Below are positions 10,149 to 20,126 of a DNA stretch of 64,000 nucleotides, in pieces. Made by a program: the position numbers and the translations under genes. The stretch spans positions 32,001 to 96,000 of the forward strand of contig JBEKCB010000009.1 in NCBI GenBank assembly GCA_050015075.1, written 5' to 3'. Source of the stretch: Candidatus Brocadiia bacterium. GTDB taxonomy: Bacteria; Planctomycetota; Brocadiia; CAIUPP01. Positions within the stretch are counted from its first letter, which is position 1. Each line of letters begins with the position of its first letter. The notes below the pieces were generated by a model. It was not told the DNA's origin and made no database searches. It worked only from the letters and a program-made list of their open reading frames with translations.

Positions 10149-12269
10149 GTGTTACACATCCTTTACTTCCATCTGCCGATCGGCGGGCTAAGCTGCCTCA
10201 GCCGGGCGTTTGTGCTCGGGATCATCTTGAGCAGCCAGGCGCTGCTGGCGCGGCGCAAGCGCGTCGGTTTCGAGCAGCACCTGATCCTCTTCAGCACGTT
10301 CAGCTTCCTCATGGCCGCTGAAATCTTCGGCATCTCTCTGTCGCTCCTGGATTCCGGTCCGGAGATCGGCCTGCCGGCGGCGATGTGGGTCTGGTATCCG
10401 GTGCTGTCATCGGTCGGGCTGCTCGGCCTGGCGTTCTGCTTCGACTTCATGCGCCTGACCGGCGGCGAGCCGGACCGCGGCGCTCCGCGCCGGTCGCTCC
10501 GGTCGCACAGCCTGCGGTTCCTCGTCGCGGCCGGGATTCTCTTTGCGCTGGGCGCGCTGCTGATGCAGGCGTCATTCGGCCACGACGAATTCCCGACCTC
10601 GCGCCACCAGATGGGCTCCGTCTCGTACCTGCTCCACGGGATCCAGGCCGCGGCGATGGCGCTGCTGGTCTGGAAGGCGCTGATCACGCGGCGCGTCTGG
10701 CTCTCGCGCACGGAGACGCGCATCTTCGTCCTCGCCGCCCTCCTCGGAGTGATCGGCGCGCTCGTCCAGATCCTCGACGGCCCGCAGGAATTCCTGACCA
10801 CGTTCGCCTTCACGCTCTTCGTCGGGGTGCTCCTGCGCGACAACTATCGCCGCAGCGAGCTGGACGCGGTCCGCGCCTCGACCGAGCGCACCGCGCACAT
10901 GCTGCTCTTCCATCGCATCACCACGCAGCTCAAATCCACCTCGGACCTGCCGCGGCTTTACGAGATCACGCTGAACAGCCTGCTCGACCGCCTGCACGCC
11001 GAGTCCGGCGCGATCTACGTCGGCGCGGATGCCGAGTCGGAACTGCTGCCGGCGCGCGTGCAGGGGCCTTATCCGCCGCCGCTGCCGCTCGGCGATCTCG
11101 CCTCGAGCGACGCGGTCGAAATCCGCACGCTGATCTCCAGCGCGCACGTTCCGCCGGGCGCCGGCATCATCGGCCGGGTCGCAGCGACCGGCGTGCCGCT
11201 CTACATCGCTTCGGCCGAGGACGCCGCCGCGCATTACACCTGGCCGACCGGCGCGGTCCATGTGCGCACGGCCATCACTCTGCCGCTGCGCGGACCGGCC
11301 GGCGCCTTCGGCGCAATCCAGGTCGTCAACCGCCGCGACGGGGCCGCGTTCAGCGAATCGGACCTGCACTTCGCCAGCCTCATCGCCGAGCAGGCCGGCC
11401 TGGCCATCTACGACGCGCGCCTCCACGCGGAGATGGTCCAGCGCCAGCGCGCCGAGGAGCAGCTCCGCGTCGCGCGCGAGATCCAACTGCGCATGATCCC
11501 CTCCGAGCCGCCGCACATCGAGGGACTCTCGCTCGGCGCGGAGTACATGCCCGCCGAAGAAGTCGGCGGCGACTACTTCGATTTCTACCGCATTGACCAC
11601 GACCACCTCGGCGTCGTCATCTTCGACGTCGCCGGCCGCGGCGTGCCGGCCGCGCTGCTCATGGCGATCACCAGCACGTTCTTCAAGATGGCCGCGCCGC
11701 GCTCGAACTCGCCGGCGTGGGTCCTCAACGAAGTCAACGCCGCGCTCACCGCCGAGCTGCGCCACGGACTTTACGTCACCGCGCTCTACGGCGTCCTCCG
11801 GCTCAGCACGCTCCAATTCACCTTCGTCTGCGCCGGCCACACCGACGCCATCGTGATGCAGGAAGGCAAGCTCGAGTGCGACCGCCACCGGCCGCGAGGC
11901 GCGGCGCTCGGCCTCCTGCGGCCGAACCGCTTTCGCGCCGTGATGGAGCAGGAGACGATCCAGCTCCGCGAGGGCGACACGCTCCTGCTCTACACCGACG
12001 GGGTCGTCGAGGCGATGAACGACGAAGGCGAGCAGTTCGGCGAGGACCGCCTTTGCGAGGTCGCGCGCGCGCACACCGCCGACGGCGCGCGCAAGCTCGC
12101 GGCCGGGATTAAAGACGCCGTCCGCCAGTACTCCGGCCCGCACCGTCAGGACGACGACATCACCGTCCTCACGCTCCAGATCGCGCCGGAGCCGGAGACG
12201 CCGGCGCGCGAACCGCAGCCGGAACCGCCCGCGCCGGAGGCGGAATCACCCAGTGCGGAGGCGCCATGA
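10149..12269 (+). CDS. Membrane-bound GAF + SpoIIE/PP2C protein phosphatase (RsbU-like)
   Basis: N-terminal TM helices, GAF region, EVGGDYFD, DVAGRG, LYTDGV, DDIT; GTG start preceded by GAGGGAG. Confidence 0.9.
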   Translation: MLHILYFHLPIGGLSCLSRAFVLGIILSSQALLARRKRVGFEQHLILFSTFSFLMAAEIFGISLSLLDSGPEIGLPAAMWVWYPVLSSVGLLGLAFCFDFMRLTGGEPDRGAPRRSLRSHSLRFLVAAGILFALGALLMQASFGHDEFPTSRHQMGSVSYLLHGIQAAAMALLVWKALITRRVWLSRTETRIFVLAALLGVIGALVQILDGPQEFLTTFAFTLFVGVLLRDNYRRSELDAVRASTERTAHMLLFHRITTQLKSTSDLPRLYEITLNSLLDRLHAESGAIYVGADAESELLPARVQGPYPPPLPLGDLASSDAVEIRTLISSAHVPPGAGIIGRVAATGVPLYIASAEDAAAHYTWPTGAVHVRTAITLPLRGPAGAFGAIQVVNRRDGAAFSESDLHFASLIAEQAGLAIYDARLHAEMVQRQRAEEQLRVAREIQLRMIPSEPPHIEGLSLGAEYMPAEEVGGDYFDFYRIDHDHLGVVIFDVAGRGVPAALLMAITSTFFKMAAPRSNSPAWVLNEVNAALTAELRHGLYVTALYGVLRLSTLQFTFVCAGHTDAIVMQEGKLECDRHRPRGAALGLLRPNRFRAVMEQETIQLREGDTLLLYTDGVVEAMNDEGEQFGEDRLCEVARAHTADGARKLAAGIKDAVRQYSGPHRQDDDITVLTLQIAPEPETPAREPQPEPPAPEAESPSAEAP

Positions 12270-12288
12270 CACCATCGGGCCGCACCCA

Positions 12289-12390
12289 ATCGTCCTCGTC
12301 CTCGTCGTCGTCCTCGTCCTCGAACTGACGTTTAGAACGACCGAGGACGAGGACGACGACGAGGACGGTTACGAGGACGGCGATTACGAT
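12289..12390. repeat. GTCCTC/GAGGAC palindromic repeat element, copy 1
   Basis: (tcgtcc)n TCGAAC-loop-ACGACC (gaggac)n. Confidence 0.9.
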
Positions 12391-12428
12391 CCTCACCAAA
12401 TCATATTTGAGGTTTTGAGACCGCTTCC

Positions 12429-14312
12429 ATGAATGACTCGCCTCCACCCGCCGCCGGCCGCATCCGCCGCCTCGGGCCCGAACTGGTCAACCAGATCGCC
12501 GCCGGCGAGGTCGTCGAGCGCCCGGCTTCCGTCATCAAGGAACTCGTCGAGAACTCGATTGACGCGGGCGCATCGCGCATCGAGGTCGCGCTCGAGGACG
12601 GCGGCAAGAAACTGGTGCGCGTCTCCGACGACGGCATCGGCATGTCGGCGACGGACCTCTCGCTGCTCTTCGAGAGCCATGCCACGAGCAAGATCGGCGG
12701 CGTGGACGACCTGGCCCGCATCCGCACGCTCGGGTTCCGCGGCGAGGCGCTCGCGAGCATCGCCGCGGTCAGCCGGTGCCGCGCCGTCTCGCGCGAGCGC
12801 GGCTCGGCCGAAGCCTCCGTCGTCCAGTGCGAAGCCGGACGCGCCGGCGAAGTCCGCTCCTGCGGCGCGCCCGAAGGCACGCTCGTCGAGGTGCGCGACC
12901 TGTTCTTCAACACGCCCGCGCGATTCAAGTTCCTGCGCTCGACCGCGACGGAGCTGCGGCACATCGTCGAGATGATGACGCGCCTGGCGCTCCCGCATCC
13001 GGCGCTGGCGCTCGCGCTCGTCCACAACGGCAAGCCGGTCCTCAAATTGCCGGGCTGCGCGCCGCCGGGCGCGGCCGGCCAAGCCCAGGCGCCGCAGATC
13101 CTCGCGGAGCGGCTCGAGTCGCTCTACGGCGCGGAATTCGTCCGCCGGCTGCTGCCGGTGCGGTCGGAGACGTCGGCGATGCTCCTGAGCGGCTTCGTCT
13201 CGCCGCCCGGCGAGGGCGAGGCTTCCGCGCTCCAGCATTTCTTCCTGAACGGCCGGGCGATCCGCGACCGGGCGCTGCAGCGCGCCGTCGCTGAAGCGTA
13301 TCGCGCGCGGCTGGCGCATGGCCGCTTCCCGGCGGTTTTCCTCAGCCTGGAGATTGACCCGGGCCGCGTGGACGTCAACGTCCATCCCACGAAAATCGAG
13401 GTGCGGTTCCGCGATTCCGGCGCGGTCTTCGCGCAAGTGCTCACGGCGCTGGAGAAGGCGCTCCGCGCGGCGGCGCCGACTTCGGCCGAGCCCTCAAAAC
13501 CGCCCGCCTCCGCCGCCGAGCGGCGCGAGAACGTCCGGCAGGCCGTGACGGAATTCTTCGACCGCTCGTCCGGCCGCCGCGATTTTCCGCCGCCGGGGAC
13601 CGGCGCGCGGACTGCCGCTTCGCGGGAGCCGGCGCCGCCCGCTCAGCCTCCGCAAAACGCGCCGCCGTTCGAACCGCCTCCGGCCGCGCCGCAGGCTGCG
13701 CCTCATCCTTCGCCCGTCGCCGCTCAACCTCCCGCGCCGGCGCCGCCCAGGAACTTCATCCAGATCCACGACCGCTACCTCGTCGAGGAAACGCCCGGCG
13801 GGTTCCTCGTCGCCGACCAGCACGCGCTGCACGAGCGCATCCTGTACGAGGAACTCAAGCAGCGCGTCAGCCACGCCGCCGTCCCGCGCCAGCGGCTGCT
13901 CATCCCCGAGATCGTGGACCTGCGCCCGGCGGATTTCCTGCGGGTGATGGAGATGCGCGAGACGCTGCTGAAAATGGGCGTGGAGGTCGAGCCGTTCGGA
14001 GAGAAGACCGTCGCCGTCCACGCCGTGCCGCACCTGGCCACGGGCGCGAACCCGCGCGAGCTGCTGCTGGAGATCCTGCGCGAGACCGCCGAGGAATCCG
14101 AAGGCGGCGCCGTGGACCGGCAGGAGCGGCTCCTGCGCGTGATCGCGTGCAAGGCCGCCGTCAAGGCCGGCGATCGCCTCTCCAGGACACAGGTCGAGGC
14201 CCTGCTCGACCGGCGAGACCAGATCGGCCCCGAGACCATCTGTCCGCACGGCCGCCCCACCACGCTCCGTTTCGACCTCCGCGACATCGAGCGGCAGTTC
14301 CTTCGGAAATAG
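12429..14312 (+). CDS. mutL: DNA mismatch repair protein MutL
   Basis: NQIAAGEVVERPASVIKELVENSIDA, TLGFRGEAL, VDVNVHPTK, DQHALHERI, ACKAA, CPHGRP. Confidence 0.98.
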   Translation: MNDSPPPAAGRIRRLGPELVNQIAAGEVVERPASVIKELVENSIDAGASRIEVALEDGGKKLVRVSDDGIGMSATDLSLLFESHATSKIGGVDDLARIRTLGFRGEALASIAAVSRCRAVSRERGSAEASVVQCEAGRAGEVRSCGAPEGTLVEVRDLFFNTPARFKFLRSTATELRHIVEMMTRLALPHPALALALVHNGKPVLKLPGCAPPGAAGQAQAPQILAERLESLYGAEFVRRLLPVRSETSAMLLSGFVSPPGEGEASALQHFFLNGRAIRDRALQRAVAEAYRARLAHGRFPAVFLSLEIDPGRVDVNVHPTKIEVRFRDSGAVFAQVLTALEKALRAAAPTSAEPSKPPASAAERRENVRQAVTEFFDRSSGRRDFPPPGTGARTAASREPAPPAQPPQNAPPFEPPPAAPQAAPHPSPVAAQPPAPAPPRNFIQIHDRYLVEETPGGFLVADQHALHERILYEELKQRVSHAAVPRQRLLIPEIVDLRPADFLRVMEMRETLLKMGVEVEPFGEKTVAVHAVPHLATGANPRELLLEILRETAEESEGGAVDRQERLLRVIACKAAVKAGDRLSRTQVEALLDRRDQIGPETICPHGRPTTLRFDLRDIERQFLRK

Positions 14313-14423
14313 GTTGCCGGGTTCATGTCATTCTCGGGAGCTTGACCTTATTTATTTAGAAATGATACCTTGGACTGCTGTGGGGACATCGAACCGCCGG
14401 TCATTTGGGGACAGGAGACTGTC

Positions 14424-15107
14424 ATGAAAAATTCCAGGGCATGGATGGCGGTGGCACTCTGCGGGCTCCTGGGCGCGCTGACGGCGTGCTCCTCGGGTTC
14501 GAGCTACGTGAAGCCCGGTTACAACTTCAACTCCGTCGGCAGAGTCGCGGTGATCGTCTCGATGAGCGTCGGCTACCCGCCGCAGCGGCAGGAGATCGCC
14601 GACCTGTTCGCCATGCACATCCTTCAGAAAGGCTACGACGTGATTGACCGCGCCAACGTGCCGGACCTGGCGCAGGAGGTCGCGTTCCAGAATACCTCCG
14701 GCATCACCAGCCCGGATGGGCGCGAGAAGCTCGCCATCCACAACGTCTCCACCGTGGTCGTCGTCAACATGGCCATGCAAAACGAAGAGGATTTTTCCAT
14801 GACGGCCAAGATGCTGGACGTGCAGACCGGCACGCTGCTCTGGGCCGGCGAGGGGACCGGTGCCCTGAAGAGCGGGCTGGCCACTTTCGGCGGCGCGGTG
14901 CTGGGCGCAGGCGCCGGCGCGGCTATCGGCTCCATCGGAAACACGACCGGGGCGATCGTCGGCGGCGTGGCCGGCGCTCTGGGCGGAGGCGTGGTGGGCG
15001 CGGCCCTGGAGCCGGGCCAGGCACAACTGCTGCGCTCCGTGATCGAGAAAACGTGCAGGGACCTTCCCGCGCGGATGCCGGCGGGCGCGGTTCCGAGCCC
15101 GCACTGA
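14424..15107 (+). CDS. Lipoprotein with glycine-zipper region
   Basis: Lipobox LTAC; GGAVLGAGAGAAIG...GGVAGALGGG; AGGAG RBS. Confidence 0.75.
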   Translation: MKNSRAWMAVALCGLLGALTACSSGSSYVKPGYNFNSVGRVAVIVSMSVGYPPQRQEIADLFAMHILQKGYDVIDRANVPDLAQEVAFQNTSGITSPDGREKLAIHNVSTVVVVNMAMQNEEDFSMTAKMLDVQTGTLLWAGEGTGALKSGLATFGGAVLGAGAGAAIGSIGNTTGAIVGGVAGALGGGVVGAALEPGQAQLLRSVIEKTCRDLPARMPAGAVPSPH

Positions 15108-15163
15108 CGTCCCAATCGTCCTTTTCCTTCGCATCATGGGGCCATCTCCTCGCGGAAATCCGT

Positions 15164-15192
15164 TGACTTCACTTGCCGCGCTTGCTATACTT
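15164..15192 (+). promoter_or_regulatory. Sigma70-type promoter upstream of pheA
   Basis: TTGACT-17bp-TATACT. Confidence 0.6.
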
Positions 15193-15341
15193 CTGGATTC
15201 AGGGCCGCGGGAGCGCGATGAATTCCAACGGACAAGTCCCGCAGCCTCAGGGAGTTACAGGCCATCGGCCGCCGCGTTCGATCGGCGGCGCCTGCGACAG
15301 GGAAGATATTGTCCTCGTCCGGTTCATTGATCAGCGGGCCA

Positions 15342-16448
15342 ATGAAGATCGAGCAACTTCGGACTCGGATTGACGAGATAGACCGGCGCATCATCGGCCT
15401 GCTGAACCGGCGCGCGCAGATGGCGATGCAGGTCGGCGAGATCAAGCACCGCGAGGGCGCGCCGATCTTCGCGCCCGAGCGCGAGGAACAGGTGCTGCGC
15501 CGCGCCGAGGCCTACACCGCCGAGCACGGCGTGATCGAGCCGGAGACGATGCGCGCGATCTACTCCGAGATCATCTCCGCGTGCCGTTCGGCCGAGCGGC
15601 GGCTCAGCGTGGCGTTCCTCGGGCCGCGCGGCTCGTTCAGCCACCACGCGGCCCGGTCGGCGCACTGGGCGACCGTCGGCGGCAGCGCGGTGAAACGGCG
15701 GTTCGGCTCGTCGGTGGACCTGCTGCCGGTGAACGGGATCGAGGCGGTCTTCGCCGAGGTCGCCACCGCCCGCGCCGATTACGGCGTGGTGCCGATCGAG
15801 AACACTTCCGAGGGCGGCATCGGCGCGACGCTGGACATGTTCATGGAGTCGGACCTCAAAGTCAGCGGCGAGATCCTGGTGCGGGTCCATCACGCCCTGC
15901 TGGCGCGATGCGCGCCGCGCGCGATCCGCAGGATTTACAGCAAGGCCGAGGTCCTCGGACAATGCAAGCGATGGCTGGCGAGCCATTATTCGGACGCGAC
16001 GCTGACCGAGGTCGCCTCGACCTCGCACGCGGCCGAGTTGGCCTCGCGCACGCGCGACGCGGCGGCGGTGGCGCACGAAGAGGCCGCGGCGATCTACGGG
16101 CTCAACGTCCTTCACCGCGGCATCGAGGACAACCCGTCGAACATGACGCGCTTCTACATCATCGCGCAGCGCGGCGCCGCGCCGAGCGGCCGCGACAAGA
16201 CGAGCATTCTCTGCTTCATCAAGGACCAGGCCGGCGCGCTGCACCGCATCCTGTTCCCGTTCTGGCGCGCGCACGTCAACCTGACGAAGATCGAGTCGTG
16301 GCCGTCGAAGCGCAAGGCCTGGGACTATTGCTTCTTCATTGATTTCGAGGGGCACCGCGACGATCCGAAGATCGCAGGCCTGCTCGACCGCGTGCACGCG
16401 CAGTGCAGCGAGATGAAGATCCTCGGCTCCTTCCCGGCCGCGCGGTGA
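15342..16448 (+). CDS. pheA: Chorismate mutase / prephenate dehydratase
   Basis: LRTRIDEID CM domain, VVPIENTSEG, NMTRF, ACT domain NLTKIESWPS. Confidence 0.95.
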   Translation: MKIEQLRTRIDEIDRRIIGLLNRRAQMAMQVGEIKHREGAPIFAPEREEQVLRRAEAYTAEHGVIEPETMRAIYSEIISACRSAERRLSVAFLGPRGSFSHHAARSAHWATVGGSAVKRRFGSSVDLLPVNGIEAVFAEVATARADYGVVPIENTSEGGIGATLDMFMESDLKVSGEILVRVHHALLARCAPRAIRRIYSKAEVLGQCKRWLASHYSDATLTEVASTSHAAELASRTRDAAAVAHEEAAAIYGLNVLHRGIEDNPSNMTRFYIIAQRGAAPSGRDKTSILCFIKDQAGALHRILFPFWRAHVNLTKIESWPSKRKAWDYCFFIDFEGHRDDPKIAGLLDRVHAQCSEMKILGSFPAAR

Positions 16449-16478
16449 AACATACGGATACGGAAACTGACAACTTGG

Positions 16479-16568
16479 AACCACAGATAACACAGATGAA
16501 CACAGATACGAAGAATCAGGCAGTCCGTTTCCGTCGTCATCTGTGTTCATCTGTGTCCATCTGTGGTT
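16479..16568. repeat. Inverted 10-mer tandem-repeat element (ACACAGATGA-type)
   Basis: aaccacagataacacagatgaacacagat...atctgtgttcatctgtgtccatctgtggtt. Confidence 0.9.
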
Positions 16569-16605
16569 TAAAAACCAACTCTTCGTTTACTGAGGCCAGC
16601 GCATC

Positions 16606-17364
16606 GTGAGAAAATCGTTCGTCGCCGGGAACTGGAAGATGAACACGAACGGCCAGGAAGCCGTTCAGCTCGGGATGGCGGTGGCGGCCGGCGCGCACGA
16701 CGTGCGCGCGGACCTGGCGGTGTGCCCGCCGTTCGTCTATCTGTGCGCGGTGGCCGCCGCGCTCAAGGGCAGCCGCGTGGCGCTCGGCGCGCAGAACATG
16801 TACTCCGAGCCGAAAGGCGCCTACACCGGCGAGATCAGCGCCGCGATGCTCAAGGACGCCGGCTGCCGCTGTGTGATCCTCGGCCACTCCGAGCGGCGCC
16901 ACATTCTCGGCGAGAAGGACGACCTCATCCGCGCCAAGGTCCGCGCGGCGCTCGCGGCGCAGCTCGAGCCGATCCTCTGCGTCGGCGAGACGCTCGAAGA
17001 GCGCGACGCCAACCGCACGCTCACCGTGATCGAGCGCCAGGTGCGCGAGGGGCTTTCCGGCACCCCCGCCGAGCAGGCGCGCCGGGTGACGCTCGCCTAC
17101 GAGCCGGTCTGGGCCATCGGCACCGGCCGCAGCGCCGCGCCCGAACAGGCGCAGGAAGTCCACGCCGCGATCCGCAAATTGCTCGCGGCGCTCTTCGGCG
17201 CCGATACGGCCGAGGCGATCCGCATCCAGTACGGCGGCTCCGTCAAGCCGGAAAACGCGCGCGCCATCCTCAGCCAGCCGGACGTGGACGGCGCGCTCGT
17301 CGGCGGCGCATGCCTCAACGCCGATTCATTCCTGCAGATCGCGCGCGCGGCCAAACAGGTCTGA
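16606..17364 (+). CDS. tpiA: Triosephosphate isomerase
   Basis: AGNWKMN, GHSERR, AYEPVWAIGTG, YGGSV. Confidence 0.98.
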   Translation: MRKSFVAGNWKMNTNGQEAVQLGMAVAAGAHDVRADLAVCPPFVYLCAVAAALKGSRVALGAQNMYSEPKGAYTGEISAAMLKDAGCRCVILGHSERRHILGEKDDLIRAKVRAALAAQLEPILCVGETLEERDANRTLTVIERQVREGLSGTPAEQARRVTLAYEPVWAIGTGRSAAPEQAQEVHAAIRKLLAALFGADTAEAIRIQYGGSVKPENARAILSQPDVDGALVGGACLNADSFLQIARAAKQV

Positions 17365-17451
17365 TTGCGGCCGCGCCGGGAATCGGATTTTTGGGCCGGG
17401 CTGCGGACCGACGCGGGCGCGGCTCGGGAACTTCATTAAGGGAGACGACTC

Positions 17452-17796
17452 GTGGGCATCTACCGCGGGATAGTGCTGGTGTTGCTGGTGATTGATACGG
17501 TTGCGCTCTGCGGGCTGATCCTGATCCAGCGCGGCAAAGGCGGCGGGCTCGCCGGCGCGTTCGGCGGCGGCGGCGTGGAACAGGCCTTCGGAACCCGCGC
17601 GACGACCCTCGCCCAGAAAGCCACCGCCGTGCTCGGCGGAATCTACCTGCTCCTCTCCATCGTGCTCGGCCTCAGCCTCGGGATGGGCCGCGCAGGCGCC
17701 ATCGCGCCGACGCCGAGCCCCGAAATGCCCGTGAACACCATGCCGGAGAAGGCGCCGCTTCCCGCCGCGCCCTCGAATCCCGGGAATGCCAAATAA
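17452..17796 (+). CDS. secG: Preprotein translocase subunit SecG
   Basis: ILIQRGKGGGLAGAFGGGG, two TM helices, follows tpiA. Confidence 0.92.
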   Translation: MGIYRGIVLVLLVIDTVALCGLILIQRGKGGGLAGAFGGGGVEQAFGTRATTLAQKATAVLGGIYLLLSIVLGLSLGMGRAGAIAPTPSPEMPVNTMPEKAPLPAAPSNPGNAK

Positions 17797-18380
17797 TGGA
17801 CCATAACCAGGTCGAAGCCGCGTTCAAGAAGTGCGGCGCCTTTCTGCGGGGCCACTTTCAACTGACCTCCGGGCTGCACAGCCCGGGCTATCTCCAGTGC
17901 GCGCTGGTCTGCCAGGACCCGGTCCTGTGCGCCCGGCTGTGCGAAGAGCTGGCCAAGCCGTTCCGCGGCATCCGCGTGGACGCGGTGATCGGCCCGGCGA
18001 TGGGCGGCATCGTGCTGGCGTACGAGCTGGCGCGCGCGCTCGGTGCTCGCGGCTTGTTCACGGAGCGCGGCGAGGACGGGCGGATGACGCTGCGGCGCGG
18101 CTTCGCGCTCAACAGCGGCGAGAAGGTCGTCATCGCCGAGGACGTGATGACCACCGGCGGCTCCGCGGCGGAGTTGATCGAGATCGCCAACGCGGCCGGC
18201 GCGGAAGTCGTCGGCGTCGCGGCGCTCGTGGACCGCGGCGGCGCGAAACGGTTCGAAGGCCGGCGCGTCGCCTTCGCGCTCCAGGTCGAGCTGCCGACGT
18301 ACAAGCCCGAAGAATGTCCGCTGTGCAAGGAGGGCGTCGCCCTCGTGAAACCCGGCAGCCGGAAACGCCCAGGAGCTTGA
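17796..18380 (+). CDS. pyrE: Orotate phosphoribosyltransferase
   Basis: GHFQLTSGLHS, IAEDVMTTGGS, KPGSR. Confidence 0.95.
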   Translation: MDHNQVEAAFKKCGAFLRGHFQLTSGLHSPGYLQCALVCQDPVLCARLCEELAKPFRGIRVDAVIGPAMGGIVLAYELARALGARGLFTERGEDGRMTLRRGFALNSGEKVVIAEDVMTTGGSAAELIEIANAAGAEVVGVAALVDRGGAKRFEGRRVAFALQVELPTYKPEECPLCKEGVALVKPGSRKRPGA

Positions 18381-18381
18381 C

Positions 18382-19248
18382 ATGGTCCGAAGCATGACGG
18401 GATTCGGCCTCGGCTCGAGCGAGACCGGCCGGTTCGCCGTGCGCGCGGAGGTCCGCTCGGTCAACAACCGCAACCTGCGCGTGACGGTGCGGCTGCCGGA
18501 ACGCCTTCAGGCGCTCGAGCCGGAGTTCGAGAAGATGCTCCGCGACGCGATGTCGCGCGGCACCGTCACCGCCGCGGTCACCGTGGACGACGTCAGCGGC
18601 GATCCGGGCTACGTGCTCGACACCGCCGCCATCGAGTTCTACCGCGAAGCGCTCAAGAAGGTCGAGAAGGGCAAGGTGCCGCTCGCGGTCCTGGTCTCGC
18701 TTCCGGGGGCCATCCGCAAGAAGCCGGTCGAGGAGATCCCCGCCGAGCTGATCGCCGCCGTGCGCGAGGCGATGCAGAAGGCCATCAAGGAACTCGTCGC
18801 CGCGCGCGAGGTGGAAGGCGCGTTCATCTGGAAGGACATGACGGCGCGCTGCGTGGCGATCGGCGCGCTGGTCGAGCGCGTCGAGGCGCGCATCCCGCGC
18901 ATGATCGAGGATTACCGGCGGCGGCTCTCCGAGCGGCTCGCGAAACTTCTCAACGGGATCGGCACGACGATCACCCCGGAAGACGTCCGCAAGGAAGTGG
19001 CGCTCTTCGCCGACCGATCCGACATCTCCGAGGAGATCACCCGGCTCCGCAGCCACCTGGCGCTGATGGCCAAGGCCGACAAACAGGACGAGCCGTACGG
19101 CCGCAAGTTCGAGTTCGTCATGCAGGAGATGTTCCGCGAGGCGAACACGATGGGCTCCAAGGCTACCGATGCCGAGATGGTGCAGGACATGCTCGACATC
19201 AAGTCCGAGATCGAGAAACTGCGCGAGCAGGCGCTGAACGTCGAGTGA
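18382..19248 (+). CDS. yicC: YicC/YloC family endoribonuclease
   Basis: RSMTGFG, SVNNR, DISEEITRL, QEMFREANT, EKLREQALNVE. Confidence 0.95.
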   Translation: MVRSMTGFGLGSSETGRFAVRAEVRSVNNRNLRVTVRLPERLQALEPEFEKMLRDAMSRGTVTAAVTVDDVSGDPGYVLDTAAIEFYREALKKVEKGKVPLAVLVSLPGAIRKKPVEEIPAELIAAVREAMQKAIKELVAAREVEGAFIWKDMTARCVAIGALVERVEARIPRMIEDYRRRLSERLAKLLNGIGTTITPEDVRKEVALFADRSDISEEITRLRSHLALMAKADKQDEPYGRKFEFVMQEMFREANTMGSKATDAEMVQDMLDIKSEIEKLREQALNVE

Positions 19249-19255
19249 GGCGCGC

Positions 19256-19891
19256 ATGTTGCCGGCCGAAACCGGGCGAAAGTGCGGGCTTGCCCGCCAT
19301 CCGTATGGCGGGCTGGCCGTGGTCGTCTCCGGGCCGTCGGGCGCGGGCAAGACCACCGTCTGCCGCGGGCTCATCGCGCGGTACGGCTACGAGCGCTCGA
19401 TCTCGGCGACGACGCGCGCGCCGCGCGCCGGCGAGCGCGACGGCGTGGATTACCATTTCATGACGCGCGAGCGGTTCCTGGAAGGCGTCCGGCGCGGCGA
19501 GTTCCTGGAGCACTCGGAACATTTCGACAACCTGTACGGCACGCCGAAAGAGCCGGTCGAACGGGCGTTGCAGCAAGGGCGGACGATCATCCTGGAAATC
19601 GACATCAACGGCGCTCAGCAGGTGATGGAGCGACTGCCGGCGCAGGACCGCTTCTGCATCTTTCTCACCGCGCCCGATGCGCGCGAGCAGGAGCGCCGCC
19701 TGCGCAGCCGCCGGACCGAAGGCGAGGAGGCCGTCCGCACGCGGCTCAGCCGCGCCGAGAAGGAAATCGCCCAGGGCCTGCGCTACGACGCCCGGGTGGA
19801 GAACGACGTGATCGAACGCACCGTCCTCGAAGTTCATGCGCACATTCAGAAAGCGGAGGCGAGGAAAAACGATGGATGTGGACAGGCTTGA
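19256..19891 (+). CDS. gmk: Guanylate kinase
   Basis: SGPSGAGKTT, ATTRAPRAGERDGVDYHF, YGT, EIDINGA. Confidence 0.96.
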   Translation: MLPAETGRKCGLARHPYGGLAVVVSGPSGAGKTTVCRGLIARYGYERSISATTRAPRAGERDGVDYHFMTRERFLEGVRRGEFLEHSEHFDNLYGTPKEPVERALQQGRTIILEIDINGAQQVMERLPAQDRFCIFLTAPDAREQERRLRSRRTEGEEAVRTRLSRAEKEIAQGLRYDARVENDVIERTVLEVHAHIQKAEARKNDGCGQA

Positions 19892-20126
19892 GCACTTGAC
19901 GCAGAAGGTCGGCGGACGGTTCCGGCTGACCGCGCTCCTCCAGAAGCGGCTGGCGGAACTCGTGAAGGGTTCGCCGCCGCTGGTGGACCTGCCGTCGAAC
20001 AATTTCTTCGAGGTCGCCCTGCGGGAGATCGAGGAAGGCCGGATCGAGCTGCTGCGCGCCTGGACGGCCCAGGACGGCGGCGGCCGCGCCGTCTCCGCGC
20101 CCCCTGAGAAAGAAGCCGACGAATGA
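19872..20126 (+). CDS. rpoZ: RNA polymerase omega subunit
   Basis: KVGGRFRLTALLQKR...VALREIEEGRI; located between gmk and coaC. Confidence 0.88.
   Translation: MDVDRLEHLTQKVGGRFRLTALLQKRLAELVKGSPPLVDLPSNNFFEVALREIEEGRIELLRAWTAQDGGGRAVSAPPEKEADE

Noticed and set aside
12169-12447. ORFs with VLVLV/EDEDD runs (also 21422-22294)
   Set aside because: These are translations of the GTCCTC/GAGGAC repeat elements, not proteins.
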